Shown here in pieces: positions 18,710 to 26,976 of a stretch of DNA of 57,886 bases (the stretch's first letter is position 1; the number at the start of each line of letters is the position of its first letter). The translations under genes were made by a program, and so were the position numbers. This DNA comes from a virus (lineage: Duplodnaviria > Caudoviricetes). The notes under the pieces are model-generated. The model searched no databases. It was not told where the DNA came from and saw nothing but the letters and a program-made list of their open reading frames with translations. The stretch lies in the IMG/VR virus record IMGVR_UViG_3300021403_000001, positions 1-57,886 of that record. One strand, written 5' to 3'.

Positions 18710-18966
18710 TCGCGGCTCTCTTCGTCGCCGGAAGGCGTGGCCTCTTTTTTCGGGGCGGCCGGTTTCTTGCCGAGCTTGTTGTCAGCCTTCGCGGCGATCT
18801 TGTCGTATTGTGCCTGACTGATGGTCCCTCGATTGAGCATCTGCTTTGCTCTCCCAAGGGCATTCTTGGCATGGTTCTTATCGTTTATGGGGTACTTCCG
18901 CTCCTTGGGCTCCGCGAACTCACTGGAGGGCAGGTCGTCGCGCTCAGCGGTATCGAGCTTGGCCAT
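18706..18966 (-). CDS. DUF6582-like protein with a SHOCT-like motif
   Basis: MAKLDTAERDDLPSSEFAEPKERKYPINDKNHAKNALGRA. Confidence 0.6.
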   Translation of the reverse strand: MAKLDTAERDDLPSSEFAEPKERKYPINDKNHAKNALGRAKQMLNRGTISQAQYDKIAAKADNKLGKKPAAPKKEATPSGDEESRD

Positions 18967-19041
18967 GGGTTTGCGCCCCTTGAAGACGATCAGGTCGTTG
19001 TTGCTCACCCTGAGGACAGTGAGGAATTCTGATTAATTGTT

Positions 19042-19069
19042 TTGACAGCCTTGTTCATGGGCATAACCT
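19042..19069 (+). promoter_or_regulatory. Sigma70-like promoter
   Basis: TTGACA-16-TAACCT upstream of ORF 19099. Confidence 0.45.
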
Positions 19070-19098
19070 TCCGTGATTCGTTCATGGAGAGGTGCACG

Positions 19099-19368
19099 AT
19101 GCCTCGCAACCGCAACGCTTCTCAGCCCGTCAAACCGATGCCAGCGGTCGAACCGCCCTGCCCGATGTGCAATGGCCGGGACGTAATCGAAAGCGATAAC
19201 TTCGATATAGCCGCGCCTGTGTTTCAATGCATGGACTGCGGCTATTGGGGGACGGACAGGAATAAGTTAGACAATCCTCCGGAGGACCATGAGGCAAGCC
19301 ATTGGGTATCAGGTCAGGCCATGCGCCGCCCCATGCTTGATCAGCCGCTTTGGCCAGATGAGGACTAA
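19099..19368 (+). CDS. Zn-ribbon protein A
   Basis: CPMC...VFQCMDCGYWGT; RBS GGAGAGG. Confidence 0.65.
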   Translation: MPRNRNASQPVKPMPAVEPPCPMCNGRDVIESDNFDIAAPVFQCMDCGYWGTDRNKLDNPPEDHEASHWVSGQAMRRPMLDQPLWPDED

Positions 19369-19370
19369 CT

Positions 19371-19528
19371 AACCACTTAGCTAGCTGGGCAACCCGGTGT
19401 TGGATTGAATTGTTTCGGAGTCTCGCCCCCTAGCCGAGTGTCACCCGGCAAAATCCACCAACTCTGAAATGCTCCTGTTGCTTGGAGTGCTGACGAGGCT
19501 TGTTTTCCCGCCAGCTAGCTAAGTGGTT
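19371..19528. repeat. 158-nt element closed by a perfect 18-bp inverted repeat (candidate structured RNA)
   Basis: AACCACTTAGCTAGCTGG (19371-19388) pairs with CCAGCTAGCTAAGTGGTT (19511-19528); internal hairpins present. Confidence 0.75.
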
Positions 19529-19540
19529 TAAATTAAGCGC

Positions 19541-19735
19541 TCAGGTTTCTTTGGAACCACGTTCTGGCCATTCAATCCTAACCTTGGCCTTCTCTGGAAG
19601 TGGATACGCAATCGCGTCCGGCTTGGTCCCCCACCACCTGCAGGCCATGCAGACGAAGATCGTTCTGGAATGCGCAGCGTCGTGCACGGGGAAAACTGAT
19701 CCTGCTTGATGGCAGTGTGAGCAATCGCTGTTCAT
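19541..19735 (-). CDS. Zn-ribbon protein B (paralog of A)
   Basis: CSHC...IFVCMACRWWGT; RBS GGAGAG. Confidence 0.6.
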   Translation of the reverse strand: MNSDCSHCHQAGSVFPVHDAAHSRTIFVCMACRWWGTKPDAIAYPLPEKAKVRIEWPERGSKET

Positions 19736-20204
19736 GATGGTCTCTCCGATTCGTCCCAAAACGTTCCGCCTGTAACGCTGCAAAAAACCCTTCAGACCGT
19801 GCGATCAATGCTTAGCCATCCGCCAGCGATCGAGTTCTTCGCGCAGCCAATCTTTCACGTTGTACGCGACACGCTTCGCACTCCGGATATATTGAAGCCA
19901 TCAGACGGTTGAGCATCCGCTTGAACAAGCCTCTTTTAGACAGAAGCCGCACATACCCTTGCTTAGCTGAAGCGGGGACCGGCCCAAGGTCTATAATGCG
20001 TGTGCCTAATGCGTCAGGTTCAGCTGGGCTACTTTTGGGGAATGGAATTTCACTCATGAGACGGTTCCTTGGGGTGCCGCGGCGCGCGAACAATTTCGAG
20101 AGTTTCCAAAGCAAGCCTTTCTAGGTCTTCCATGGGCCAGTCGTCACGGCTGTGCGGGCTAAGAACCTTTGCGATACGGCGTTGGGGAGTGTCTTTGGTC
20201 CTAC

Positions 20205-20618
20205 TCATCGGTTCCTCCGTATCTCGCATTTCAATTCAATGACTTTTTCCCAAATCGAAAGATACGTCTCTCTCGGCAGCATCTCCTTGGCTACATTTAC
20301 GAACACTCTGTGTTCGTCCGCCTCGTCGGATCGAGACCTTCCCCGTCGCTGCCTTGCGGAACTGGTGGCGATAAGTGCCCTCCGAAGAGTCTTCGCTATC
20401 TTCTGTAGTGCCTCGCGCTCGCTGTGAAGCGCTTTGACTTTTGCTCCCATTTCTGGGGAACGTGGGGACATCGTAGCTTCCCATAGTTCCGTTTTAACCT
20501 CCGCCAACCACTTCTGGGCGTCTTCCAGAGCATTTCTAAAGTCACCAGGCTTCCAATCATCGCCGATGCGGAACGCCTCGGCTATCTCATCAAGCCTGCT
20601 TTGAGAGTCATCGCTCAT
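20205..20618 (-). CDS. Hypothetical protein
   Basis: 137-aa helical ORF, coupled to the upstream gene. Confidence 0.6.
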   Translation of the reverse strand: MSDDSQSRLDEIAEAFRIGDDWKPGDFRNALEDAQKWLAEVKTELWEATMSPRSPEMGAKVKALHSEREALQKIAKTLRRALIATSSARQRRGRSRSDEADEHRVFVNVAKEMLPRETYLSIWEKVIELKCEIRRNR

Positions 20619-21036
20619 CGCTTTGGGCTTCCAACTCTAGAGCCTTAGCTGCTGCATAGTGCTTAGCGCGCTGCGCTTCCAAACGTCTTATTTGGGAAAG
20701 CAAAACGTCGATCTCATCTGTGCAGGCAATAGACAACTGAAGTTCACGAAAATAAACGTCCGCCTTTTTCATGTCAGCCGATGGTGTCTGATCGTTTTTA
20801 GCCAGTTCAGAGCGCGTGGCAGCCTCCCGAACATATCTTGCCAATGCCTCCACTTCCCTTTCTAGGACGGTCGAGGCCACGCGCTGCTCTTTAAGATAGT
20901 ACAAGAACATCTCTAAGATGCGTCCGACATGAACAGTGCCGGAACGTATGCACCGCGCTCCTGTCAATTTCATCATGTATTCATGCAGGTCGCGAGACAA
21001 AAAATCGACCGACTTTCTTTGCGGAAATTTCGCCAT
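20608..21036 (-). CDS. Hypothetical protein
   Basis: ATG overlaps the upstream stop (TGATG). Confidence 0.55.
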   Translation of the reverse strand: MAKFPQRKSVDFLSRDLHEYMMKLTGARCIRSGTVHVGRILEMFLYYLKEQRVASTVLEREVEALARYVREAATRSELAKNDQTPSADMKKADVYFRELQLSIACTDEIDVLLSQIRRLEAQRAKHYAAAKALELEAQSDER

Positions 21037-21389
21037 CACATTGCCCTGTTTCGCCGCGCGAGGGCGCTGAATTGTGGTGGCGGATCGCCCATCAATGACG
21101 CCGTGAGGGACCTCTGTGCCCAAGCTGCGACGCGCTTGGCTTGATCTGCCAATACTTCTGGCGGCGTCGGCTCGCGAACAAATGGAATCGCGGCCAGCTT
21201 TGGCCGGTTCGGCGCGGCCATCAGATAGTTGAACTTCGAAACCACGGCCGCATGACTCCGACCGGGGAAATGCCCCACGATGGTTGCCCAATCGTGGCGC
21301 TCGCGCCTCAGCCGCAACAAAAGCGCAACTTCATCATCTGTCCAGTCTTTCGGCTGGGCTTTGGTCTGATATGCGCAATCGGCTTCCAT
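21036..21389 (-). CDS. Myb/GcrA-N-like HTH protein
   Basis: DWTDDEVALLLRL...GRSHAAVVSK; C-terminal LMGDPPP...SAL. Confidence 0.6.
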   Translation of the reverse strand: MEADCAYQTKAQPKDWTDDEVALLLRLRRERHDWATIVGHFPGRSHAAVVSKFNYLMAAPNRPKLAAIPFVREPTPPEVLADQAKRVAAWAQRSLTASLMGDPPPQFSALARRNRAM

Positions 21390-21398
21390 GGCGTTCCC

Positions 21399-22745
21399 TC
21401 ATGCCCTCTCTGAAAATCGCATCGTCGCGCCGTCGAATGTGAGGGCGCGTTGCTGGAAGGCTTTGCCGCGTCGTCGCTTGAGGCAAATCACTTCGGCAAG
21501 CCCTTGGCATCGGTGAAGTTCGCTCTGCCATTTGGTGAGCGCTTCTTCACCGCCGCGTTGATCCGGCTTATTGCGGCGTAGCCAGTTGGCTTTTTGCCAG
21601 AGCGCGAGACACCAATCCGAATCCCTCTCCAGCGAGGGTGCATCAGCGTCAAGAATGTCGGGAGTAGGATCGTCTCGCCGCTGAGCTCCGCGCGTGCGCT
21701 GGGCCAATAGGATGACCGGAACCTTCAGCGCCTTGGCCATCCGTTTAAGATCACGGGTAATCTCAGCCATCCGTTCGAACCGATCACGATGTTTGCCTTC
21801 GGCCCTGATCTTGTCGAGTTGATCGATCACCACCAAACTCAATCCGCCTTTGTGCTTCATGGCCATGCCCATGGCTTTGATCTGGCGAACGGACATTTCC
21901 TCTGCGTCCAGAATGTGGAGCGGCATTTGATTGAGCGTCTTGCCAGCGGCAACAATCTGATCCCATTCGAAGGCGTCGAAACTTCCTTCGTGAACTGCTG
22001 AAACCGAGACGCCGGATAGCGCGGCGATCTCTCGCGCGGCCATTTGCTCTTGGCTCATTTCCATCTGGACATAAAGCACGGGGCGGCCTGCTCTGGCGGC
22101 GTGCGAGGCAATTTGCGTGGCGAGGGCGGTTTTCCCATCGGCTTGGGAAGCTATTATTGCCCCGAGGTCCCCGCCCAGCATCAGCCCCAGGATTTCATCG
22201 AGCGGCCCTATCCCGGTATCCGTGCCGGATAGCAGTTCGCCTTGATGTGCGGAATTGGCGGCCTTGAGAACGCTTTCCGCAACTTCCCCTATCGACTTGG
22301 GGCGAAGCGGGCTAGCCGTTGACGTGATCGCCTGAAGATGCTGGGCCGCCTCTGCGCTGATATCGTCCGCGCTGCGGTCGTTCTTCCCGGTTTGCGTGGT
22401 GATCCACTTGGCGAGGGATTGGAGGCGCTTCAGTGCCGACCGCTCGGCCAGCATTGGCGCATAATCGGTGGCGCTGCCGTCTTCCTCTGCACTGGCCTTC
22501 AGGGCCATGATGATGGCAATGGTGGGGTTGCCTTCGTATTCCTCCGGAAGAGAGGCTTGCAGAGCGGTTGTTGTTACCACCCTGCCCCGCTCGGATAAGT
22601 CTCGTATCGCGGTGTAAATATCGCGATGGGATTCCACGGCGAGACAGTCCGCCGTAACCATGTCGTTGACGTGCCACACGTCATGGGGCGAGCGCAGCAG
22701 ACAGCCGATGAAAGCGCGCTCGGTGGCTGACATGTCCGGGATCAT
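21399..22745 (-). CDS. dnaB: Replicative helicase, DnaB family (divergent)
   Basis: ERAFIGCLL N-domain; TGIGPLDEILG, ASQADGKT, EMSQEQM, VVIDQL and ITRDLKRMAKALKVPVILLAQ motifs. Confidence 0.85.
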   Translation of the reverse strand: MIPDMSATERAFIGCLLRSPHDVWHVNDMVTADCLAVESHRDIYTAIRDLSERGRVVTTTALQASLPEEYEGNPTIAIIMALKASAEEDGSATDYAPMLAERSALKRLQSLAKWITTQTGKNDRSADDISAEAAQHLQAITSTASPLRPKSIGEVAESVLKAANSAHQGELLSGTDTGIGPLDEILGLMLGGDLGAIIASQADGKTALATQIASHAARAGRPVLYVQMEMSQEQMAAREIAALSGVSVSAVHEGSFDAFEWDQIVAAGKTLNQMPLHILDAEEMSVRQIKAMGMAMKHKGGLSLVVIDQLDKIRAEGKHRDRFERMAEITRDLKRMAKALKVPVILLAQRTRGAQRRDDPTPDILDADAPSLERDSDWCLALWQKANWLRRNKPDQRGGEEALTKWQSELHRCQGLAEVICLKRRRGKAFQQRALTFDGATMRFSERA

Positions 22746-24004
22746 AGGCCGTGTACCATCTCAATGCGGTGCCCAAGCCAGCGCATGCGGTTCACAGCCA
22801 TTGAGTTACCGAGAGCCTTGTAGCGTGGCCCGTCAGGCGTCCAATTCTTGTTGCGCCATGGCACATCAGTATAGCCGTCCGGGAAACCTTGGAGGCGTTC
22901 GCATTCCTTCGGTGTCAGGCGCCGCACGGCCCAATTCGTGACCACACATTGCGCGCTGTCGCCCTTGCCGGTGCGACCAGCCTCTCCGGTCAGAGCGTGA
23001 GCAATTTCGGACGGGGCACCGCGATCATTGCGGGCGAAGCGTGGCTGAAAAGCGATAGCAGGCATCACGCCAGCATTTGCGTGGCTATTCGAAAATCCTC
23101 CCGCCCGTAACGTTGGTGCGATTCCTACTTCGGCATCGCCGCCGTGGTCTTTCGCGCTGAATGCAATGGGCACCAATGGCGTGCCGCGCCCCGTTCCGTC
23201 CTCTGATGCGTCAAAACCATCCGCCCGCAGGGCGTGCGCAACCAGGTTAGCGACTTCATCGCCGGCGGGCCCAGATGCTCCCTTACTCCATTTTGATGAC
23301 ATCGCCTGCGAGACGATATCGGGCACGTAATCGATTAGTCCGCCATCGCAGTCAAAGTCTGTTCCGAGTCCGCCACCGCCTGTAGGGCGCGCGCTAATTG
23401 TTGGGGCAACTCTTTCCCCCGTTTGGCGGCGCGGCGGAGTATTCCCTTGCAGGCTTTCGCGCTCAAATAATACTGCTGCGGCACGTCGCCAGTCTCTAAG
23501 ATTTCCGACAACGAACACACGCCTTCGTCTTTGAGGGACAGCCCGTCCAAACCCGTCCACTCGCACATATTGCGCATCGAGAACCCGGTAACTCCACCCA
23601 TACCCGAGTTGCCCCAGTCCCCCGAGGAAGGCTCCAAAATCCCGTCCTTGTTCACTCGACAAGACGCCGGGCACATTCTCCCAGAGAAGCCACTCGGGAC
23701 GATACTTGTGAGCGATTGCAAGGAAGGTGAGGCAGAGATTTCCTCTAGGGTCAGCCAAGCCTTGGCGCAGTCCTGCGACGCTGAAGGACTGGCACGGGGT
23801 GCCTCCAACGAGAACATTGACATCTGCATCGGGCCAATCCTTGAACTTGGTGATGTCGCCCAGGTTCGGGATCGACGGATAGTGATGAGCCAGAACGGCG
23901 CAGGGGAATTTATCGATTTCGGCGAAGGCGGTTGGTTCCCAGCCAAAGGGATGCCAGGCCACGCTGGCCGCTTCAATCCCCGAGCAAACCGAGAGATATT
24001 TCAT
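22742..24004 (-). CDS. DNA cytosine-C5 methyltransferase (alpha chain)
   Basis: SVCSGIE (I), GGTPCQSFS (IV), WENV (VI), QRRRRVF (VIII), RRLTPKECERLQGFPD (IX) and YKALGNS (X). Confidence 0.92.
   Translation of the reverse strand: MKYLSVCSGIEAASVAWHPFGWEPTAFAEIDKFPCAVLAHHYPSIPNLGDITKFKDWPDADVNVLVGGTPCQSFSVAGLRQGLADPRGNLCLTFLAIAHKYRPEWLLWENVPGVLSSEQGRDFGAFLGGLGQLGYGWSYRVLDAQYVRVDGFGRAVPQRRRRVFVVGNLRDWRRAAAVLFERESLQGNTPPRRQTGERVAPTISARPTGGGGLGTDFDCDGGLIDYVPDIVSQAMSSKWSKGASGPAGDEVANLVAHALRADGFDASEDGTGRGTPLVPIAFSAKDHGGDAEVGIAPTLRAGGFSNSHANAGVMPAIAFQPRFARNDRGAPSEIAHALTGEAGRTGKGDSAQCVVTNWAVRRLTPKECERLQGFPDGYTDVPWRNKNWTPDGPRYKALGNSMAVNRMRWLGHRIEMVHGL
23335..23829 (-). CDS. Nested alternative-frame methyltransferase partner (EcoHK31I-beta-like)
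   Basis: Long open second frame ending SLSEILETGDVPQQYYLSAKACKGILRRAAKRGKELP. Confidence 0.6.
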   Translation of the reverse strand: MQMSMFSLEAPRASPSASQDCAKAWLTLEEISASPSLQSLTSIVPSGFSGRMCPASCRVNKDGILEPSSGDWGNSGMGGVTGFSMRNMCEWTGLDGLSLKDEGVCSLSEILETGDVPQQYYLSAKACKGILRRAAKRGKELPQQLARALQAVADSEQTLTAMAD

Positions 24005-24027
24005 TGAAAATCTCTCAAAAGTAGCTG

Positions 24028-24056
24028 TTGACATACCGGGCCATTGGCCCTATAAG
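24028..24056 (+). promoter_or_regulatory. Moron promoter with an operator palindrome
   Basis: TTGACA-17-TATAAG; GGGCCA-T-TGGCCC (24038-24050) lies in the spacer. Confidence 0.75.
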
Positions 24057-24099
24057 GGACGCATCGCAAGGGCAATCCTGCCCGGTGATGGAGAGCAAA

Positions 24100-24309
24100 A
24101 TGCCCTTTCTGGTTTCGCATTCTGGAAGCAAAGTTCACCCCGCCAACTCGTTCGTCATGCGCGATGAGGCGAGCGCCGCCGACATCATGTTTCGGCTCGA
24201 ACATAACGGCGCGGTAGGCGTCACTTGCCGCGAACTGACTGATGAGGAATTTCGTGCTGAGAAGGCTAAGCGCTTGCCTCCGCATCTGCAGCATCTGGCG
24301 GGAGGCTGA
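24100..24309 (+). CDS. Hypothetical protein (moron)
   Basis: RBS GGAGAG; downstream of a consensus promoter. Confidence 0.6.
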   Translation: MPFLVSHSGSKVHPANSFVMRDEASAADIMFRLEHNGAVGVTCRELTDEEFRAEKAKRLPPHLQHLAGG

Positions 24310-24312
24310 GCC

Positions 24313-24624
24313 ATGGATCAGGGAAAAGTCGCAGCGCTTGCCGGAGCATTTGCCGATGTTGTCCACGAATGGACGACGCCAGCGGAGCTTGAGGAAGTTA
24401 AACGCCTCAATCGGACCGAATATGCAAACTCGAGTATTTGCGCCACACACGATTTCTTCGACGCAAATGAGGCGATGGCGGAAGCATTTCGACGCATCTT
24501 CGGACGCGCCATATGGCTCCCGTGCGACGTAGAAGAAGGTCTCTGCCCCGAAAACGAAGCCGATCTTGATCTGCAATTGTGGAATGCCGCTTGGGATCAA
24601 GCTAAAAAGGGTTGGCTTTCGTGA
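24313..24624 (+). CDS. Hypothetical protein (moron)
   Basis: RBS GGAGG; ICATHDFFDANEAM motif. Confidence 0.65.
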   Translation: MDQGKVAALAGAFADVVHEWTTPAELEEVKRLNRTEYANSSICATHDFFDANEAMAEAFRRIFGRAIWLPCDVEEGLCPENEADLDLQLWNAAWDQAKKGWLS

Positions 24625-24827
24625 CTTCCGACGAATACCGCGAAGCTCTCGACGCCCTCGGCTTGACACAAGGCGCGGGCGCTCGGCTATTGGGCGTTGA
24701 TGAGCGCACCTCGCGGCGCTGGGCCAATGGTGAGCGTGACATTCCGCCGCCAGCGCAACGCTTCCTGCGCTACCTGATAGCGACGGGAAGGTCTGGCGAG
24801 TACGCGATGAAGCGCTTGGGGTCGTAA
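24621..24827 (+). CDS. XRE-type HTH regulator
   Basis: LGLTQGAGARLLGVDERTSRRWANGERDIP. Confidence 0.8.
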   Translation: MTSDEYREALDALGLTQGAGARLLGVDERTSRRWANGERDIPPPAQRFLRYLIATGRSGEYAMKRLGS

Positions 24828-25883
24828 TCACGCGACCTCCGCGCAATGCGCCAGCCATAAATCATTGAAATCTCGCCCGCACGGCGGCTCAGCCGCAATC
24901 GTGCAGCTAACGCCCTCCGCAAGCAGCCGTGTCCGCAGCGCGAGTGCGGCTTTGCGCCCTGCCGGAACGGACGGCGCGAAGTCGTTGCCCTGCTTTCGGA
25001 TAGGCGCGTCGCCGTCAGGGGCAATCACGCAATGCTCAACACCAAGCGGGGCTTCAAAGCCAATCAGTCCCGAGGTTGATAGTGCGGCCCAGGTCGGCTG
25101 CTTTTGGCCGGTGAGAAGCCAATATCCTAAGGCGCTCTCAATACCCTCCCCGACCGCAATCTTACTGGCGAGGCCGCCAATGCGAACCGCGCCACCCGCG
25201 ACAGGTCCCAAACCAAGGCGCGCGGTTTCAACGTCGGCCTTGCGCCCATCTTCACGGAGAAAAGTGCGCCAAACTCCCGTTAGATCGCCGCTGATGTCAT
25301 CAACCCGGCAGACCAATACGGGATAGCGCTTGCTCTTGCCGGGGTATGGCAGCGCAGGGTGAAATCTCAGGACCGACGGCCATTCGGGAAAGATAAGCCC
25401 TCTCTGACAGAGATAGGTTGCCGCGAGCGTGTCCTTTAGCGGCTCGGATGCGTTCCAGATCGCCAGTGAAGTTTCGCGCGTGTTGCTCTCGTAACGCTCT
25501 TGCTCGGCTTCCCGCGCCCGCTGGGCGGACTCTGCTTCAAGCCGCTTCCTGTTGCGCTCGGCTTTCTCAGCTTCGCTCAGTGGCTTAGCTGGGCCGGTGG
25601 GGCACGGCTCGCCGGTCAATTGCTCAATCGCCGTCTTCCATGAAATGTTGCCGAGATGCATGGCTAGGGTGATCGGCGACTCCCCTCCTCCGTGGCCGCG
25701 ACAGTGCCACTTGCCTTTGCCGAGGTTGATGCCGAGCCGATCACGGCCGCCGCAAAAGCAACACGGGCCCATCCATTCGCTCCCGGCCCGCTTCAGCTTC
25801 GCGCCGAATTGTTGAGCGGCAACGAGGAGCCCGACGTTTTCGGCGCGCTCTTTCCAAGCCGAGAATGCGCGGTCGTGGATCAT
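24828..25883 (-). CDS. DNA primase (Zn-finger plus TOPRIM)
   Basis: GPCCFCGGRDR...WHCRGH; VGEGIESAL; IAPDGD; GRDFND. Confidence 0.82.
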   Translation of the reverse strand: MIHDRAFSAWKERAENVGLLVAAQQFGAKLKRAGSEWMGPCCFCGGRDRLGINLGKGKWHCRGHGGGESPITLAMHLGNISWKTAIEQLTGEPCPTGPAKPLSEAEKAERNRKRLEAESAQRAREAEQERYESNTRETSLAIWNASEPLKDTLAATYLCQRGLIFPEWPSVLRFHPALPYPGKSKRYPVLVCRVDDISGDLTGVWRTFLREDGRKADVETARLGLGPVAGGAVRIGGLASKIAVGEGIESALGYWLLTGQKQPTWAALSTSGLIGFEAPLGVEHCVIAPDGDAPIRKQGNDFAPSVPAGRKAALALRTRLLAEGVSCTIAAEPPCGRDFNDLWLAHCAEVA

Positions 25884-26434
25884 GCGTAGTATCTAGCGCG
25901 ACGCGCAAATGGATCGAATGCTTCTGGGTTGGCATCAATTATCTCGCCATAAATATCGATCACGACTGGCGCGAATTGCTGGCCAACCAGCTTCATCCCG
26001 GCAATGTCAGAATGGGTGGCGATCACGGCAATATCAGCTTTGATCAGGCCGACAAATTCATCCGCAGCACCGAAGATGTACGAGATGTTCTTGGGCTTCT
26101 GCTCCAAAAGGGTTCGCGCGAAGGCCCATGACCAGAGCGGGTTGGCCTCAAAGCAATAAACTCGCTTGGCGACGTGCGCCATATGAAGCGATAGCAGTCC
26201 GATGCCGCCTCCGATTTCTACAACCGTCTTGCCTTCTATCCTTGGCCCGAGATGCGCGGCCAGCGCGCTTGCAGTTTCATCGTCAATCACTGTCAGCACC
26301 CCCGCAGAGTTGATGTTATGTCGCTCGGTGTAGGCTTCTAATTGCTCTGAGCCTTCGAATTGATTGTAGATGTCGGACAACAGCGTTTGCAGTTCCGGCA
26401 CCAGATCCTGCGCGGCTTTGTTGCCCATCTTCAT
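25880..26434 (-). CDS. Class I SAM-dependent methyltransferase
   Basis: VVEIGGGIG...VYCFEANP. Confidence 0.7.
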   Translation of the reverse strand: MKMGNKAAQDLVPELQTLLSDIYNQFEGSEQLEAYTERHNINSAGVLTVIDDETASALAAHLGPRIEGKTVVEIGGGIGLLSLHMAHVAKRVYCFEANPLWSWAFARTLLEQKPKNISYIFGAADEFVGLIKADIAVIATHSDIAGMKLVGQQFAPVVIDIYGEIIDANPEAFDPFARRARYYA

Positions 26435-26976
26435 GCGGCATCCTTTGCGAACAGTTCGCCGGGCCGCACAAGTTGGGCTTGCTTCAGTACACCAGCCAAG
26501 TGCCAGACTATGCCAATGGCCTCAGCGGCGTCTTTTGACTTGAGATTGGGATAAAGCTGCTTGGCGAGTGCGAAGCTTTCCTCTTTCGAAGCGCGACCGT
26601 TGCCAGTAAATGACTTCCGCCACGATGCCTGATGCGCCTCAATCAAGGGAATGTTGAGCGTGGCCGCGATCTCGACCGCGTGCGCCCGCAGCCCGTAGAG
26701 CCGCAGATATGTCTTCATCGTGACGGGGTTGTGCGTCTCGCCGGGCTTGGCATTCGACCGACGATCCGGCGCGCGAATGTCAGTCACAAGCGGCTGCTCA
26801 ATGCAGACGTGCTGCACGTCATGGGCAACCAGCATCGCGCGATACCAGACGCGGAAACCTGCGAATATCTCCGCGTCCTCTTTGCCCTTCGGCCGGAAGG
26901 CCTCAGCATGCACGATCTTGTCGCCGCTCAGAAATGCGGCTCCCGTAGTCGTGGCGATGTCGAAGCCTGCCAGCAT
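26431..26976 (-). CDS. RuvC-like Holliday junction resolvase
   Basis: GFDIATTTG, CIEQP, WRKSFTGNGRASKEE and DAAEAIGI motifs. Confidence 0.75.
   Translation of the reverse strand: MLAGFDIATTTGAAFLSGDKIVHAEAFRPKGKEDAEIFAGFRVWYRAMLVAHDVQHVCIEQPLVTDIRAPDRRSNAKPGETHNPVTMKTYLRLYGLRAHAVEIAATLNIPLIEAHQASWRKSFTGNGRASKEESFALAKQLYPNLKSKDAAEAIGIVWHLAGVLKQAQLVRPGELFAKDAA

Noticed and set aside
19371-19528. Retron msr-msd or MITE
   Set aside because: No reverse transcriptase or DDE transposase is in the genome and no target-site duplication is evident; kept only as an unexplained structured element
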